From: Adineta vaga | Taxonomy: Eukaryota; Animalia; Rotifera | Assembly (NCBI GenBank): GCA_021613535.1 | Contig: CP075497.1 | Location: forward strand, 6,386,001 to 6,450,000 | Direction: 5' to 3' | DNA: 64,000 nucleotides | Shown: one piece after another, positions 27,416 to 43,000 of the stretch | How positions within the stretch are numbered: position 1 is the stretch's first letter | Layout: every line of letters begins with the position of its first letter | Program-made: the position numbers and the translations under genes | The notes under the pieces: generated by a model | What the model was told of the DNA's origin: nothing | What the model saw: only the letters and a program-made list of their open reading frames with translations | The model's database searches: none

Positions 27416-27548
27416 ATTTATAATGCGTCTAGTTGTGTGAGTCACCTTATCAATTCTAGTATTTTCTCTTTGGAAACACTCCAGTGTTGTGACTCATGTT
27501 TCTTCCTTTTTCTTTGCTTGCCATCGAAAAGACTAGAAAAATGAGTCA
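27416..27548 (-). promoter_or_regulatory. TATA box plus three AP-1-type TGA(G/C)TCA sites upstream of the hydroxylase
   Basis: TATAAAT on the minus strand at ~27416-27422. TGAGTCA at 27438, TGACTCA at 27490 and TGAGTCA at 27542. Confidence 0.6.
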
Positions 27549-28091
27549 TCAAAATCTACATTGCAAAGAGAATGTATTTGATAAAAACATGTTGTAAATA
27601 GATATAAATAGTTTATTCTTATCTTCGGTACGAACTTTTTTCTTTGAGTATTTTGTGAGAATTGACCTCACCTTGTTCGATACATAGTTACACGTTCTCG
27701 TGATGAATGAAAGAAAAAGAAAAGTCTTAATAAAAAAAAATTTATTCTATGAGATAGTTGAAGAAATGAAATCAAACAATTCATATTTAGTTGGTTCGGG
27801 GTCAATTCTCTTTATTCAAACGAGAACATTTTCCTAATCACACACACACAAAGACAAAAGCAAGTGATTTAGATATAGTTAGAAAAAAAAACCGTACAAA
27901 TTGTGCAAAAATAGTGCAATATATCGTGTGTGATCGTAGAAAAAGAGCAGACAAACAAACAAACATATATAAAGTAGTCTCTTTGTCGTTAGCCATTCGG
28001 TATCGATGAGGAGAAAAAGAGAAAAAAATAGCACCTTGCCATACGAAGAAAAACAATCACCGGTGAGGCTCATAAATTATCATAAATCTTG

Positions 28092-31000
28092 TTAACTTTC
28101 TGTTGATGCCGCTCCACCGCCTCCCGGTTCATACTGACGTCGAAAACAATCACCAACAGGAAAAAAGTCCCATTTACGGCTTTGATACATTTCCCAAACA
28201 TAACTTTCCTAGAAAAACAAACAATCAAAAAAATTCGAATCCAATCGAGAAAAATGCAACCTGTCCAGTATGTTCTGTATCCGGTTTATTCAAAAGATGC
28301 GTTAGAAAGAACATATAATTTGCAAAGTTATGTTCTGCTGTTGTATGTGTCTAAAAATCAAAGCAATTTATTTTTGTAAAAAAAAAGAAGAATTGTATCT
28401 TACTTCAAACCCATGCGGTTCTTTATCGAAATAATCTTGCCCTATTCCACAAATGAAACATTTCGACTAGAATAAAAAAATATCAATATCATGAATTGAA
28501 TAATAGCCGATTTTACTTCAAGTGTTTCTTTCACAGAATCTAACTGTTCTCGAAGATCACCAAATGCATCAATAATTAAACCTTGAATAATAGCAAGAAG
28601 AATAACGATAATAAAAAAGAAGAATGTTATGTCGAAAATAATTCGATATAATTCCAGTGGATCACCATTTGGTGATTCAAGTTCATCACCAATACCACCA
28701 CCAGCTCGTATACCCGAATACAGATGAAATTTGAAACACTAGAAACAAGAAATCAATCATTTCTTTCAAAGATCAAATCTTTTTATTGAACATACAGTGA
28801 ACATATCTTTACAATTTTCTTCTTTTTCTTCATCTTCTTCTTTCGTATAAAATTTACGAAAGAAATTAAATGCAATAACTGTATAAAGATACACAAGAAC
28901 AGCCATTAACATAATTGTTAACAGTAACTGAATAAATCGAAAGAATTTGAATTATTTGAATAAGATTTTGTAAGTATTTACCTGTCGACCATTGTGCGTA
29001 ATCGATTTTAAAATCGTGCTTAATGCTTTAACACTAATTGCAACATCAAGTAAATGAATTGCAAAGACAAAAAATGAAAAATTGCCAATAACAGAAAATA
29101 AAAAGTAGAAGAATACATAAAGAAATGACTAGAGAAAATATACAAATCAGATATTTTTCTTGAATATTCAAACATCAATCTAACTTACATTATCCGTAAA
29201 TATAACACCCCATTTCCAAACTTGATAACGTATATCAATCGATTGGATTCTAAATATCAATCAATAAAAACTAGTTTTCTATAGCGCGATAACAGTTTAC
29301 ATACTTTCCCCATAGACCCGTTTCAACAGGTTTAACAATTTCAAATTTTCCCGGTGTGTCATTTTTTTCCATACCCAAAAATCGACTCAATTCATCATAA
29401 TCAAATTGATCGGAATATTTATTTCGAACTTTTTTCTTCACGAATTTATCCCAGTAGGAATCAGGAAAGGATTTCGAACTGATAACTAATTTATGCCATT
29501 CACGTGATAGATAGGATAATATCCAAGAATTATTTTCACTTGGTTGATCAAGTAACCAAGCACCTTCAAATTCTAATTTACGAGCTATTTCTTTTTCGCG
29601 TTTGAATATAACCAATGGAACCTAAGGAAGAAAGAAAATTTCGTTTTTTATATTCGAAAATAAATAAAGATTTGTCAATTATACTTTTAGTTTATAATAA
29701 CTAATCATCATGAGAAAGGCGATAAATGAATGTAGAAATGCACTTATTCGTAGTAAATAAACCATATAGAAATTTTTCGGATCCATCATTATAACTTCAT
29801 CGTCATCTTCATCAATGCGTTCAATTGCATCCGATGCTACTGGTTCACTAGCTGCAGCAGCTAATGGTAGAGCCTATAGTGAGAAAATAGTGTGAATGAA
29901 TAGATTTCAATCATGCGTATTACTTTATAGAAAAGCATAAGAAAATTAATGACAAAAGCAAGACATAAAGCCATAAATTTCAATTGATGGTAGTTTCGGG
30001 CTACTAATGCCTATTAGAATAAAAGAAAGATATTATTTTGTTCATTTTTTCTTCTATCAAACTCTGTATATACCAATATTTTCTTTCCATAATCTGTTCT
30101 TGCTGGTGGATCTGTTGGGATGAAATCGTCATCTTCCACAATTGTACCATTGGCATTTATTGTCGGAATTTTTTGTTGATATTCAGCTTGAATATTAACC
30201 TATAAACAAAATACAGATAAACAAGTCTTTCTTCTTTCAATAACATTATTCATTTACTTCAAGTGATTGTTTCGATTTTTCAATCATATTTGGTGACATA
30301 TGTATAGTTGTTGTCAATTGTGGTTGATGTGGTACAGAAGCTGTGATTGAATGTTGATGTTGAGTATGTTGTGTTGATGGAATAATATGTGCTGTAGTAC
30401 TAACTGAAGCTGGTATTGCGTGTCCATTTATTGAATCAATATTATTGACATACAAAGATTTCTGATCGGAATCAAATGTTTGAACGCCATCAAAATTAAG
30501 CGTATTGATTGATTCCTCATTTAGAGATATTCTAAATATTGAAGATGAATGTCACAATCTAATGAATATATAGTAAGTACTTATGTTTCGATGATGGATC
30601 AGAACTAAGACCAACACCAAAAGCATTCATTGGCGATGATTCTTCACCTGTACTGAAACCGACTTGTGAGATATTAACCGAAGCTAAAAACAAACAATTG
30701 ATTACAAATATATCTATTCATAGGCTATAACATACGTAAATGATGATCACGTCGTTTTGTAGGCGGTGGTAAAGCAACTCTTTCTACTTTAATCTCTTGT
30801 TGATCTTCTCCTACCATTAAATTCCATATACAATATGTTAATGTTCTATAGAAAAAAAGAAACAAAATTTAGGATCTGTATTTGTTCTATGAACTACACA
30901 ATAATAATACAGTTAGACATGCAAGACAAATACATTGAATAAGAAGCAACAAACCGATATCGTTTAGGATGTATATGTGAATCATTAGTTGATTGTTTTA

Positions 31001-34000
31001 GTCGTTGATAATTAGATAAATAAGATTTTTTCTCATGAAAAAAATAACGACTAACATTGCGATATTTTGAACTTGTTAATGAATGATTGTATTCACAATT
31101 TTTATGTCTTAATGCAACGTCAACGTTCAATAGATTGATAAGAAAACGGTTCAATATTCTACCCACACAATAATACCATCGTTTAGGTAGGAAGTATTTC
31201 ATTACGAAAAAAACATGCAAACTGAAGAGAAATATCAAACAACAAATGCATGCATCAAACGTATTCTATTTTTTCATACCTGAATGCATAGATTATGATT
31301 ATTAATAATAGATGAAGGAATTTAACAAATAAAGCAAATAGACTTTTAATCATATCTTTAAGAGTCATTTGACGAAATTGCTGATATCCATTTCGTATTG
31401 TTGATGGACGAAGTAAATGAAAGAGACCTTTAATACCAGACCATGTGTATGATAAGGCAAGTTTAACGGGTTCTTTTGTAGTTGGATGACCATTGCCTAG
31501 TTCTTCATCAGAAAATGTCGTTGTTGGAGTGACTTGATCATCTTCTTCACCGCTAAGCGCTACTGCATGTTGCATCTAAAAGATACAAATTAGACAATCA
31601 ATCACTTCAACATTCGCTCGATTCTTACTTCAAAGATCGTATCTTCACAGAAATTAATAAATTGTTCTAATTTCTCTTTATCATCTGTTTCATTGACAAC
31701 CAGATGTAAGAATGCTTTTTTTGATTCCTACAAAAAACAAACGACAAAAATCATCAATCCTACATGGAGTATTTCAACAAACTTTAATATGTGGTTTATT
31801 CCATTGTTCAATATTTGATTCAGTTATTTCAAAATAAACACGTTCAATATAACCAGCTCCACCCTTAATTTCAATTCTACCAAGATATTCTTGAAAATAC
31901 GATAGAAAACTTTTCGCTTTATCCATTAAACGTTGTAAACGTATATCATGTGGCATATGTTCTGAAAGATTAGTTAATAGAACAGCCATATTGAAACCAA
32001 TATCTTTAGCTGGATTATGAAAACGTTCAGTAAATTCCATAAAATCGATTTTTCCATCTTGATTGGTATCAACACACATTAAAATATAATCAATATCTTG
32101 TCTAAACATAACATAGATTATGAAAAATTTTTCTCTATTTTCTTTGAAATCAAGAATAATTCTTACGTAGTATACATTTTTTGTGCTTCCATTGCTCGAC
32201 GAAATTCTTTCGGTGAAATGAATCCATCTTTATTCGTATCGAATTCTTGAAATGCTTCGGATGTTGTTAAACCTTTCATTTTAAGAAAAATATCAAAGAA
32301 TTGAAGTAACAATTCAACATTCGATTGAGATTCAATTAATGTATCGACCATTTGTTTACCAACTAAAATAGATAATTAGATCAAAAAGTTTTTTCATGAT
32401 ATCAAATAATTTACTTGGCCCATTAAGAACATTGCCTAGAGAATAGGAAAAAAGAAACTTTTATTAAATCTTTGTAAAAATCAAATAAATTACCTTCGAG
32501 CATTGATAATAACATAATAATCATATCCTTTTGTAATTTCATCAATTCTCGTAATAATTCAATTTGCATTGGATCCTAAGAGAGCAAAACACTCATGATT
32601 GATGAATATGTTGAAAGCAATATTTACTTGTGATAATTTTCGTTGCATATGAGCAAAAATATAGAGAAAACCAGCGATAGCATCCCATAAACGACTGTTT
32701 GCTAAAGCCAATTGATTTTGTGGACATGGACCCTAAAAATACAATTAATCATATAAATCTACATCGATAATATGAATAACAAACTTGAATATATTCAGTA
32801 AGTGTATTAAACACTTGTTTAGCAACATTAATTGCACGACAAAAGTTTTCTTTTCCATGAGCATCGACAGTTTCTTTTCCAGAATAATGCCAATAGAAAT
32901 CCATTAATGATTCCTAAAGATTTTTTCAAATAAAATGTACCAGAAAGAAATTAAAATATTACTTGTAAACTAAGTAAATAATCTACAGTACAGATGATAA
33001 TATTCACATTTGTATTGCTTCCAGGTTGTGAACGAAGATAATTTTGAAATTCAAGATTATGTCCTTCACATAAAAGTTGACAAAAACGAAAGAGTGAAAT
33101 AGTAAAATCAGCATCATGTAAATTCTTTTCTCCAGCCATTCCATCAGCACCGACACCTATCACCAAACAAATACGGAATTTATTTTTATTCAATTTAGCA
33201 AATTCTAAATAATATACCGAGTACTTCTGCTTTAATACAACGTTCAAATGTATCGAGATCTAATACACTACAATTAGCCATTAGTGTTGCTAATGAAGTA
33301 AAACATCCGACATCTTTTGTTTCTTTTAAATAATCTAACATTCGCTAGAAAATGATTTAAAATGTTTTATAATCAACGAAACAAATTCAATTCATTTACT
33401 TTTTGAACTTCTCGATTACCACCGTGTAATAATGAAATACCGAGCTGTAATGTTCGTTGAAGCATTTCATTGTTTTCACCTAAATTATACAATAATCTCA
33501 TTTTTAAATGAAGAGAGAAAGATTTCGGATTAAACCTTTGCTTGCACTGATGTATAATAGTACAGTTTCGGCAGCACCTCGATTAGCTAAACGATTTTGT
33601 TCATAAAGTAATTTTTGTTTCTCCATTTCTTGTTCCTAATTATAAAACAATCAAATAGTTCTTCTCAATTCGTTCATTTCTTTTTCTTACTTGAAAAGAT
33701 TTCACTTCTTCTGCTCCACCATCATCATCATCTTCTTCGATAACACAACTCTATTTAGAATGAAAAAAAAACATTAGGACATTCTTCAGTTCATCTTCCT
33801 ATTAAAATATACTTTGCTCATAATAGTTGAATATGATAGATAAACAATATCTTCAGTTATCGAAAATAATTGAGCAGTTGTCGCAGCTCGATTTAAACAT
33901 TGTAATAATTGTCTTAATGGATCTGGTTTCATTGTCATTGTTAAAGTTAAAACTTCTGTTTCCGTTTCATTTTCTTCTTTAATTGTTGTTACTTCTTGAT

Positions 34001-37000
34001 CATTAATTTCCAGATATTCCTCCTTATAAAAAAAAACATTGAAAAATCAAAGAAAAATAAGAGCAATTATATTTACACAAAGTTGTTCAATTAGACGAGC
34101 ACGTGTATCTTCTTCTGCTTCAAGCCATAATTCTCGATAAGCACGTAAAAACATATTCATTGCTCGATGTCGTGGAACAGAATGTAATGGTGCCATACGA
34201 AAACAAGCCATAATGGCCTTTTTTCGTTGCGATGATACTAATTTTCTCCATGTTCCACGACGATGTGTTGGAGGATGATCAACAAGATTTAAACCAAATA
34301 AAACTTTCGCCATTTTCAACATATTTTTTATTGATGTTGCTTGAGAATGAATGATACCAGTTTGATGAGATTTTGAACCGATCTTTCGATACAAAGCACT
34401 TTGCCAATTATTTCTATTGACAACTTCGCCCTATTCAGTAATAGATATGGAAATGAAAACCAAGAAATATATGAATTTACCTGTTCTTGAGCAAAAAAGA
34501 TATCGCGAAGAAATTCTTCGATACTTTCTTCTTGATCGGTCTATTGATAAGTAAAACAGAATAGTCTAATGAAAGAAAAAGATATTGATTTAAACAAACC
34601 GTTAAATCTAAAATCATTTGTTCTTCAGTCGGATTTTCAATTTTTTCATCATGTGCAATTTTTGTCTACGAAAATCCAAAACAACATAAAAAATAATCGA
34701 AAACTTGCTTACTAACCTCAATCATTTTATGTTTTGCTAATTGAACTAGTTCTTGTTCACGTCCACCGAATGTATTCATTCCAACAGGTAGCAATCGTTT
34801 GATACAAGCAACACTTAATGATGTAAATTTCTCTTTATCTAATCGACGTTTCTTTCGTTTTTGTTTTCCTCCTGATGCTCCACCATTTGACACCTGAACT
34901 TTTCATTGCTGAACCATCGGATGGATTAGTTGAACCCGCATTGGATTGATTTGTACTACTTGGCATTAACATACTCGTATTATCAATTTCATGTTGACTA
35001 ACAAAATTAAGCTCTTCACGTTTAAAATACTAAAGAAAGAAAATGTTTTGATTCGTCTTGATTTCTTCTTTTGACTTTACTTTTGATTTACACCATGTTG
35101 AAAATACTTCAGCCATATTATTAAATAATTGATCAGCACATATATCACCATTTTTTAACCAATATGATCGATGAATATCGACATACTTGATTAATAATGG
35201 TCCAAACGCATAAAGATCACGAACAAGAATTTCATAATTCTGAAAAAAAACCGACAAATAATTTTTGAGAATCATCTTTAATATTTATTCTTTATTGAAC
35301 TTACTTTCATTAGATTCGCTTCGAGATCTTCACGTTCAGATGATTCTAAACGTGTTGCATGTTTAAGTGATTGTTCTTGGGCAAATAAATCTTCACATTT
35401 AGCTTTCAATCGTTGTGATACTGGTAAAAAGTATGGTTCTAATAGACTTGTCGATGAATTAAGAATTATTCCTTGTGTATAACCTATCAAAACATCTTAT
35501 AACTTGACAAATCTTCTGAAAATCATCTCTACCTGCAATACGTTTCATCCATGGTGCTTCCGGTGCATCAATATTATTATTAACTAATTTCAATACACTG
35601 CCCAATACTGAATTCATATGTTCTACGGTAACATTTGTTACTTTTGGTCTACGCAAAAACGACAGAACAATGACATATTTAATACGAAATCAAATCGAAA
35701 CAAATCTGACATACTCATTCGATTGTTTTGCTTTTTGTGGTCCAACTGACCACCAATATGGTAAATACGAACATACACATGGAAGAATGACTTCAATCGC
35801 ATGAGGTGCATCTTCGTATTTAATACGTGATTCTGAATGTTCTTCAATATCAGCAATAACTTTTGTTAAATGTGGAATCGTTCGTGTTATATTTGTCATA
35901 ACATCTATGATTAGAACATTCAACATGCATGAAATGATTTTATTTGATAATCATGAAAAATTATACCGTTTGCTTCTGGCGATAATTGTGAAATATTGGA
36001 TGCATGTTTATTATTTCCATTGAATTCAGGTTCAAAAAATGCAATTGGAAAACAGGAAGCAAATGAACTCAAACAATCACCAAGTAATGGACGATGACGA
36101 TTTAATTCTTCAATAATCCATTCACTAGAAGCACAAATCATAATGAAAACCAACGCAATGACATGATAGAATGAAATTTACCGATCAACAAATCTTGTTC
36201 CTTGAGTGCCAATGATCCACAATGCATTTAAAATCTTATAACCAGCTAATTGAATTTCATTTTCTATAAAAAAAAAGAAAAAGAAAACAAATCCCAATCA
36301 TTACAAATAGACTATGCGTCAAGTCAATATTCGAATGGTAACTTACCGAAAACATCGATTCCGTAGTTATTCTTTCCCAAATGATCCAACATTGATGCAA
36401 GTACAGGCAAAAGAACCATATGTACATAAGCAAGACTAGTTGTTCCACGTTGTAATGTACCTTTAATATGACTGAAACGTTTTTGTTCAAGATTTTGAAC
36501 GGTTTGATTTAAATCTTCGGCAATATTATTAAACAATGGTAATAATGAAGCACGAACCATTTCCTGACTATTTTTCATCACTGAACTAAAATTTCAAGGA
36601 TTTATTTGAACATCAAACTTTTTCATAGTATTCTTTTACAATCTTACCTAACATCAATAGCACGTACAAGTACTTTTAAGCAACGAACTGATATATTCAC
36701 TTCATTTCCGAAAGCACTAAACTTTTGTCGAAGTAAAAATGCCAATTTACAGAAAAGACTGCAACTCATTTCTTTTTCTTTCACTGTTGCATAACCACTA
36801 CCAGTTTTTAATGACGATGGTGTAATAAAATAATCTCGATGAGCTTGAAAATATTTTTCAACAAGTGGTAAAACAACCTAAAGAAATTTCGCATGAAAAT
36901 AAAAACACGAAAGATTGCTTTGATTTACTTTTCCGAAAAATTTCACATCTTTGGTTGATAGACGATAACTTTCGTGTAAGGAAAATTTCGAACTTTCTTT

Positions 37001-40000
37001 ATAATTTTGCATTGTTGATGAAGCACGTTCGACATATTCAAGTAATTTCTCCAATAAACTATACGCAAAACGCTTTTCACTCATTTGAGATGTAGTTACC
37101 GCTGTTAATGATGATGTCGATGAAACAAGTGCAGCTACAGCATTATTGGCTGTGTCATCTTCCAAAGTTTTTCTAAGAAAAAAAAGGAAATTGAATTTGA
37201 AAAATTATTTTGGGATAAAGTTTTTATTTACTTGACAACTCGATAACCGAAAATATTCAAATATTTGACAAGATCTTGATAGAATTTCAGATCTTTTTGT
37301 TTTTCTTTATCAGTTAATAAATCGTATGGTACAAGGCGAGAATGAAGACCACCACCTAAATGAAATAAACTAGGAGAATGAAAATTGAGTGAAATTTACT
37401 GACCAATTGCAGCAAGACGATTCTTCAGTTGTCGTGCCCAAATTTCATGAGCATTTTTAGCTAATGCTTCAGATAATTGCTACAGAGAAAAGAAATACAG
37501 ATATTTCTTTAGTTTCTTTCTGTCATAGACTTGAACTGAATCGTATTTTATTACCTGCATTTCACGATTTATAGTAACACTTGCAAAATCCATTGATTTT
37601 GGTATATAATCCGGTGCAGTTTTGTCTTTCTGTTTCTTTCTTTGTAATGGTTTCGTTGCGATACGTGTTACACCAGTATCAGTTTTTTCTAAGTGAAATT
37701 GTAATTTTTCAATCGATTTCAATGCTTCACGAATGGGATCTTCCAATTTTGCCGTATCCTAAATAAGATATTATAAGATGAACGATATATAAAAGCAAAA
37801 TATTAACTTTTCGATCAAGTTGTTTGTAAGGTTTCAAATTTGGATGTTGTCGATATTTATCATTGATCTGTTCACCACAAGTCCAGCCTTGTTCCATCTA
37901 AATAGAAAACTTTCGTTAATTAAAACAATAGATTTCATCTATCGATTTACTTTAGCATATGACCATTGATCATGTACACTTTCTCCATAAGCTTTGACAA
38001 ATTCTTCCAATTCAGGAGTCAATACCACACTAGAACACTTTCGATATGAATTTATCGAGAAATTTTTCTCTACAAACTTCGATGTATCAGCTGGATTGGG
38101 TTCATACATACGAGACATTTCTATTTTTTCTTGTTCTTGATCCAAATAATCTTGTTGACTCAATGCATATGAATAATCAGGCGATAGGGCACTACCGATA
38201 GCTATCGAAAAAAGAATACATATTGTATCTTAATTATCAATTTATATATTAACATTACCAGTTAAACATGGAAGAGCTTTACCAAACAATTCAGGATCAT
38301 AAGCCTAACATTAGATGAACATTTTCTCGTTTCATTAAAGAAAATCAATTCCGAAAAAAAAACATACTCGCGACGCAAGTGCATCAAAAATCTTTTGAAA
38401 AAGTAACATAGTTAACCGTTTTTCCTCTTCTGTCGCTGCTACACTATAATAACGACTACATCGTTCATACCATTGTGTTAACATCTACAATAGAAAAGAA
38501 TATTTCAAATGATGAATGACAAGAATATGAACGCTTACTCTTAATGGTACAATTGTTTGATCAGTTAATTCTGGTACATCATGAACAAGTTTTATTAACA
38601 ATGGTGTCATCATCGATGGTTTCAATTGACTAAATGATATGTATTTTTTATCGAAATAGTGAAATAAATAACTATTTACCTTGCAAAAGCAAGTAGAAAA
38701 TCACAAATAACATCAAGTTGATTTTTAGTTAATGAACGACATTTAGATAAACGATAGATCGTATGTAATGTTGATTCCAAAAGTGATGAACGATGTTCAC
38801 AATCATCAAAATATTGTGAATGAGATGTCATTAATGGTATCACACTATTACATAAATAACGATTTAATGCTAATGCCATATCACTTTCTGCTATTGCAGC
38901 CTATTGGAAAAAGTCACATTTATCTCAATGAATAGTTTATGAAAACGAAATGTTTTGGTTTACCATGTCGAGAATAGTAGCAGCACGAATATCAGGAAGA
39001 AATGCATCTTCAACCAGACGAAAGAATGTTTCTTGATCAGGAATACCATAGACACGTTCTAGAAACAATATAATCGACATTTTATGTGCAGGTTGAAGAC
39101 CTGGTGGCATTGAATTGTCATCTAAGAAAAAAACGAAGATTCTTCTGATTTCTTTGTATGTTACTCAAAAAATAAATAATCTACTTGGTAGAAGAAATTT
39201 AAGACCAAGAACACCTTCGAGATCGTGCATAGAAACAAGACTTTTAAGAATAGATTTTGCTCGAACAGCATTTGGTTTGCCCATTTTAATTGTTTCTTCG
39301 GATGGTGCACAACGTCCTAATAATTCCACTAGAATAGCATAGAATGATAATTCAGCTGACCCAAGTCAATATATTCTTCATCATCTTCATATGGTAAACG
39401 AACTTGAAGACGATCACTAGAATTAGACGAGAACAAAAACAAAAATGAGTAGATTTATGAAATAGAAAGAAATCAAATCGTTGTTTGGTTTATGTGAACA
39501 ACAAAAGGAATATTTTTTTAAAATGAGACAGGCATGCAATTGAACGACTACAACATTGAAAATAGAAGAGAAAACGACGACTAAACGGTCGACATTTATA
39601 TACTTTTTTATATATGTGCTTAGGAGGTCTAGTGAGATAGACAATTTGTGACTTGACACTTACGCTTCAGCCATACTTCTTGGTATCCAACGACTGCTAC
39701 AAAAATAGTCAGTGCATGTGCAACGAAACTCGAGTGAAATATGTAAGAATATTCAAATGAATGATAATAACAAAAACTATTTAACGTAACAAGATGAAAA
39801 CTAATTTTGTTTTCGATAAAACAAACTTCTTATCTTCATAGAATGGTTTCTATTGAGATTCTCGAATCTATTTTTCATAGATCAGTGACTGATATCAAAA
39901 GCAACAGTATCAATATTGGAACAAATAAAAGCTTTGTATGAAACTTGATATTTTGACTTCTTAACAATCAAAACAAAACTTACTATTCTTCGTTTAAATT

Positions 40001-43000
40001 ATGCATGCTTTCATCATCGATGATTTCTTGATAGGCAGCTTGTATAACTGGATCATCAGAATTTTGTCGTCGAGCAATATAAAGTGATTGCGCAATACCT
40101 TCTCGTATTGCTTTAAGTAAACCTCCACCTTCACCTCGTAATGCCGGACCTAAACAATCCGGTCGACGGATAAGAAGACGAACAACTAAATCTGCATTTT
40201 CTTCCACCGTATCACCTAAAAAAAAGAAACAAACTCGTTTATTCATTATCAATTTCAAACATTCCTCTTACCATTAACCCAAACGCAAAATTTCAAGAAA
40301 TCAAGAAATCTAATATAACATACGATTAATTGCAAGAGAAGAAAATCAAATAGAAAACGAACCGTTCACCATCAACAGGATCCCAGCCAATATCATGATA
40401 ACCTTGTAGAAATAATTCTTCATTTCTTGTCGTACCACAACGTGATAAATATGATGCTATTTTTTCTAAATGTGATTCACGTAAAGCTAAAGCTAATTCA
40501 TTATTATCCATAACACTAGCACTTGCTACATCTAATGGTGCTGAACCACGAAGTGATGGACGAGCTGAAAGAAAGAATACATATATGTATGAAAATCATT
40601 TTAAGAAAAATTCAAATAGTCAACATACAAAGTAACATAGAACTATTTTCCAATAGATAACTTAAATGTTCAAACATCGCACGTTGATTATGACGTGATG
40701 TACGACAGAAATATGATAAAAATTTACAACATGTTGTAACAAGTTCAACTTTATCTTCCTAAAAGAAAAACAAATCAAAAGATCCAACTGATTAATTTGA
40801 TAATTTACTTTAACTGGATGAATTTCTTGATTTTCTCCAGCTTCATTCGTTTGAGTAAGACCATCCATATCATTCATTGATGACATTGATGTTTGTTCTT
40901 GTTTACTTTTATTTAATCGATTTACCATAATTGCCATTACTGCTTCATGTACACAAAGTGTACGCATCAAATCTGGATGTTGATAAAAGACACGATTATC
41001 CATAATATCACTAAAGATCGATCAATTAGTTGTTCTAGTTTTCTCAGAATACTAAATGAAAATATTACTTTAAACATGCTATCATCATTTCTTCTTCATC
41101 CGAATCCATTTGTACAGTAAGAAGAGCACGAACGATACTTAATTTTCGCAATAATAATTTGATATCTGGTACTGATTTTTCATTGATAATATAAGCTCGT
41201 TCGATACATCGAGATACCTAAATTTAGTGAATGATATAACTAAGAATAGATTGATGCAAAATTATTACCTCTCCAATACCATCATATTGATTATAGATTA
41301 ATTTAAACATTTCTCGAATTAAATTTGGATCAGCAATATGTGTTCCACGGCCCCATTTAATAACAGTTGATTTAATAACTTCACAAAGAGTTTCTATAAA
41401 TGAACGAAAAATAAAACAATCAATCATAAAAATCGACATGGTTTCATAGATTTTACTTCCTGGTTTCCACATCAATTGATTATTGAAATTATTCATTGAT
41501 TTATTATCATTTTTCTTTAAAGCATGTCGTATAAGAATTTCAAGTAATCGTGAAAATAGAGAAATTTGTTCAGCATGATCCATCTCATTAGTTTTCGATA
41601 GTTTTGTTGCATTAGAAAAATCATCATTTGCCTAAAGAATAATCGTCAAAAACGAAAAACAAGTAATCAGTCAATCAAACCTCAACCACCTGTTGTAAAA
41701 TAAGTAAATTTGAATGGAAAGTTTTCAACATATCCTTGATTTCTTCTTGAATATCTTCATTTCCAACTGCTTCTTCTTCTGATTCACGTTTAAAATCCAT
41801 CAACGCTTGCATCTATAGAAAATAAAATTCTTCTCAAAAAAACATGTGTAAATAATAAGATTCAATCTACTTGATCTTTCGGTGGACAACGAAATTCTCG
41901 AGTTTTCTTTGCCATTAATGCCGGTGGTAAACTTGATTCTTTTAATACATTATATCGCCGTTTTTGATCCTAAAAAATATTCTTTTCATTTCGAAAGAAA
42001 TTCTATTCGTAACATACTGCTTGTAATCTTCCAACAAATTCTTCTGAAAATGCGACACAAGCTTCAATACGATATTGTAATTGATAATTACATAAATGTT
42101 GCAGAACAAAACATAATTGAAGTTTAACTGGTTCATCTAATTTCATTTGAAGTAAACCTTCATCTAAATGTTTATCAGAATCTAATCCAAATGATGCTGG
42201 ATCAATTAAGTGTAATAATTGCTGAATGTCATTCACTTCTAAATTAAATTTCAATGAATGAGAAAAAGAAGAACAGAATATTTTTCGTATCTTGTTACCT
42301 AATAAACCCATGACAAGAAGTGAATCAACTAATTGAAGTAATGGTCTAAAATCAAGGAAAAATTGAATGTAGAAAAATAGATATATAACTATTTCGATTA
42401 TTTACACGAGCCAATTCGAATAAGTACCACCCACTGGATCTCGAAGATGACTTGAATTTTTACCAATGGCATCAGTTAAAGAATTCATTATATATTCTTT
42501 AAGACTGAGAACATTGAATAGGGGTGGAACAAGTAATTTTCGTTCACGTTCGATTTTAAAACTATGATAATGAAAGAATAACAAATGAAAGTTTTTCAAC
42601 AATGACTTACTCTTCTTCTTTGATTAATTTTGGTCTTACTGATAGGAAATTTTCCATGGCTGGTATATACGTTGTTGTTGCATACATGTGTTGTTGTTCT
42701 GCTGAATTTTGTGAATGTAATACAGTATTCTTTCGAAGTAAACTTGATAATGGAATAATGAATTCATGTGAAGTTAAACTTCTGTAAAAGAAACAGAAAA
42801 CTCATTACAAAACTATCAACTAATTTATTCAAATTGCAGTACCGAGCTTTAACATGTGTTTCAAAATGTAAAGCAATTAGTAAATTATGAATACCAATTC
42901 GAATAGGTCCACATAGATCTAAATCAAATCATACAATTTGAATTTTAATGAGTGAAAATTCAAATCGATTTTTTAATTTACATGGATTTTTGACACAATA

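Noticed and set aside
28150-28170. Suspected frameshift at the RyR C-terminus
   Set aside because: The A6 run gives the intact [10 protein letters not shown] frame.
30894-31238. 114-aa minus-strand ORF inside RyR
   Set aside because: Lies in an intron, and the flanking exons appear to splice around it. It has no RyR-like content.
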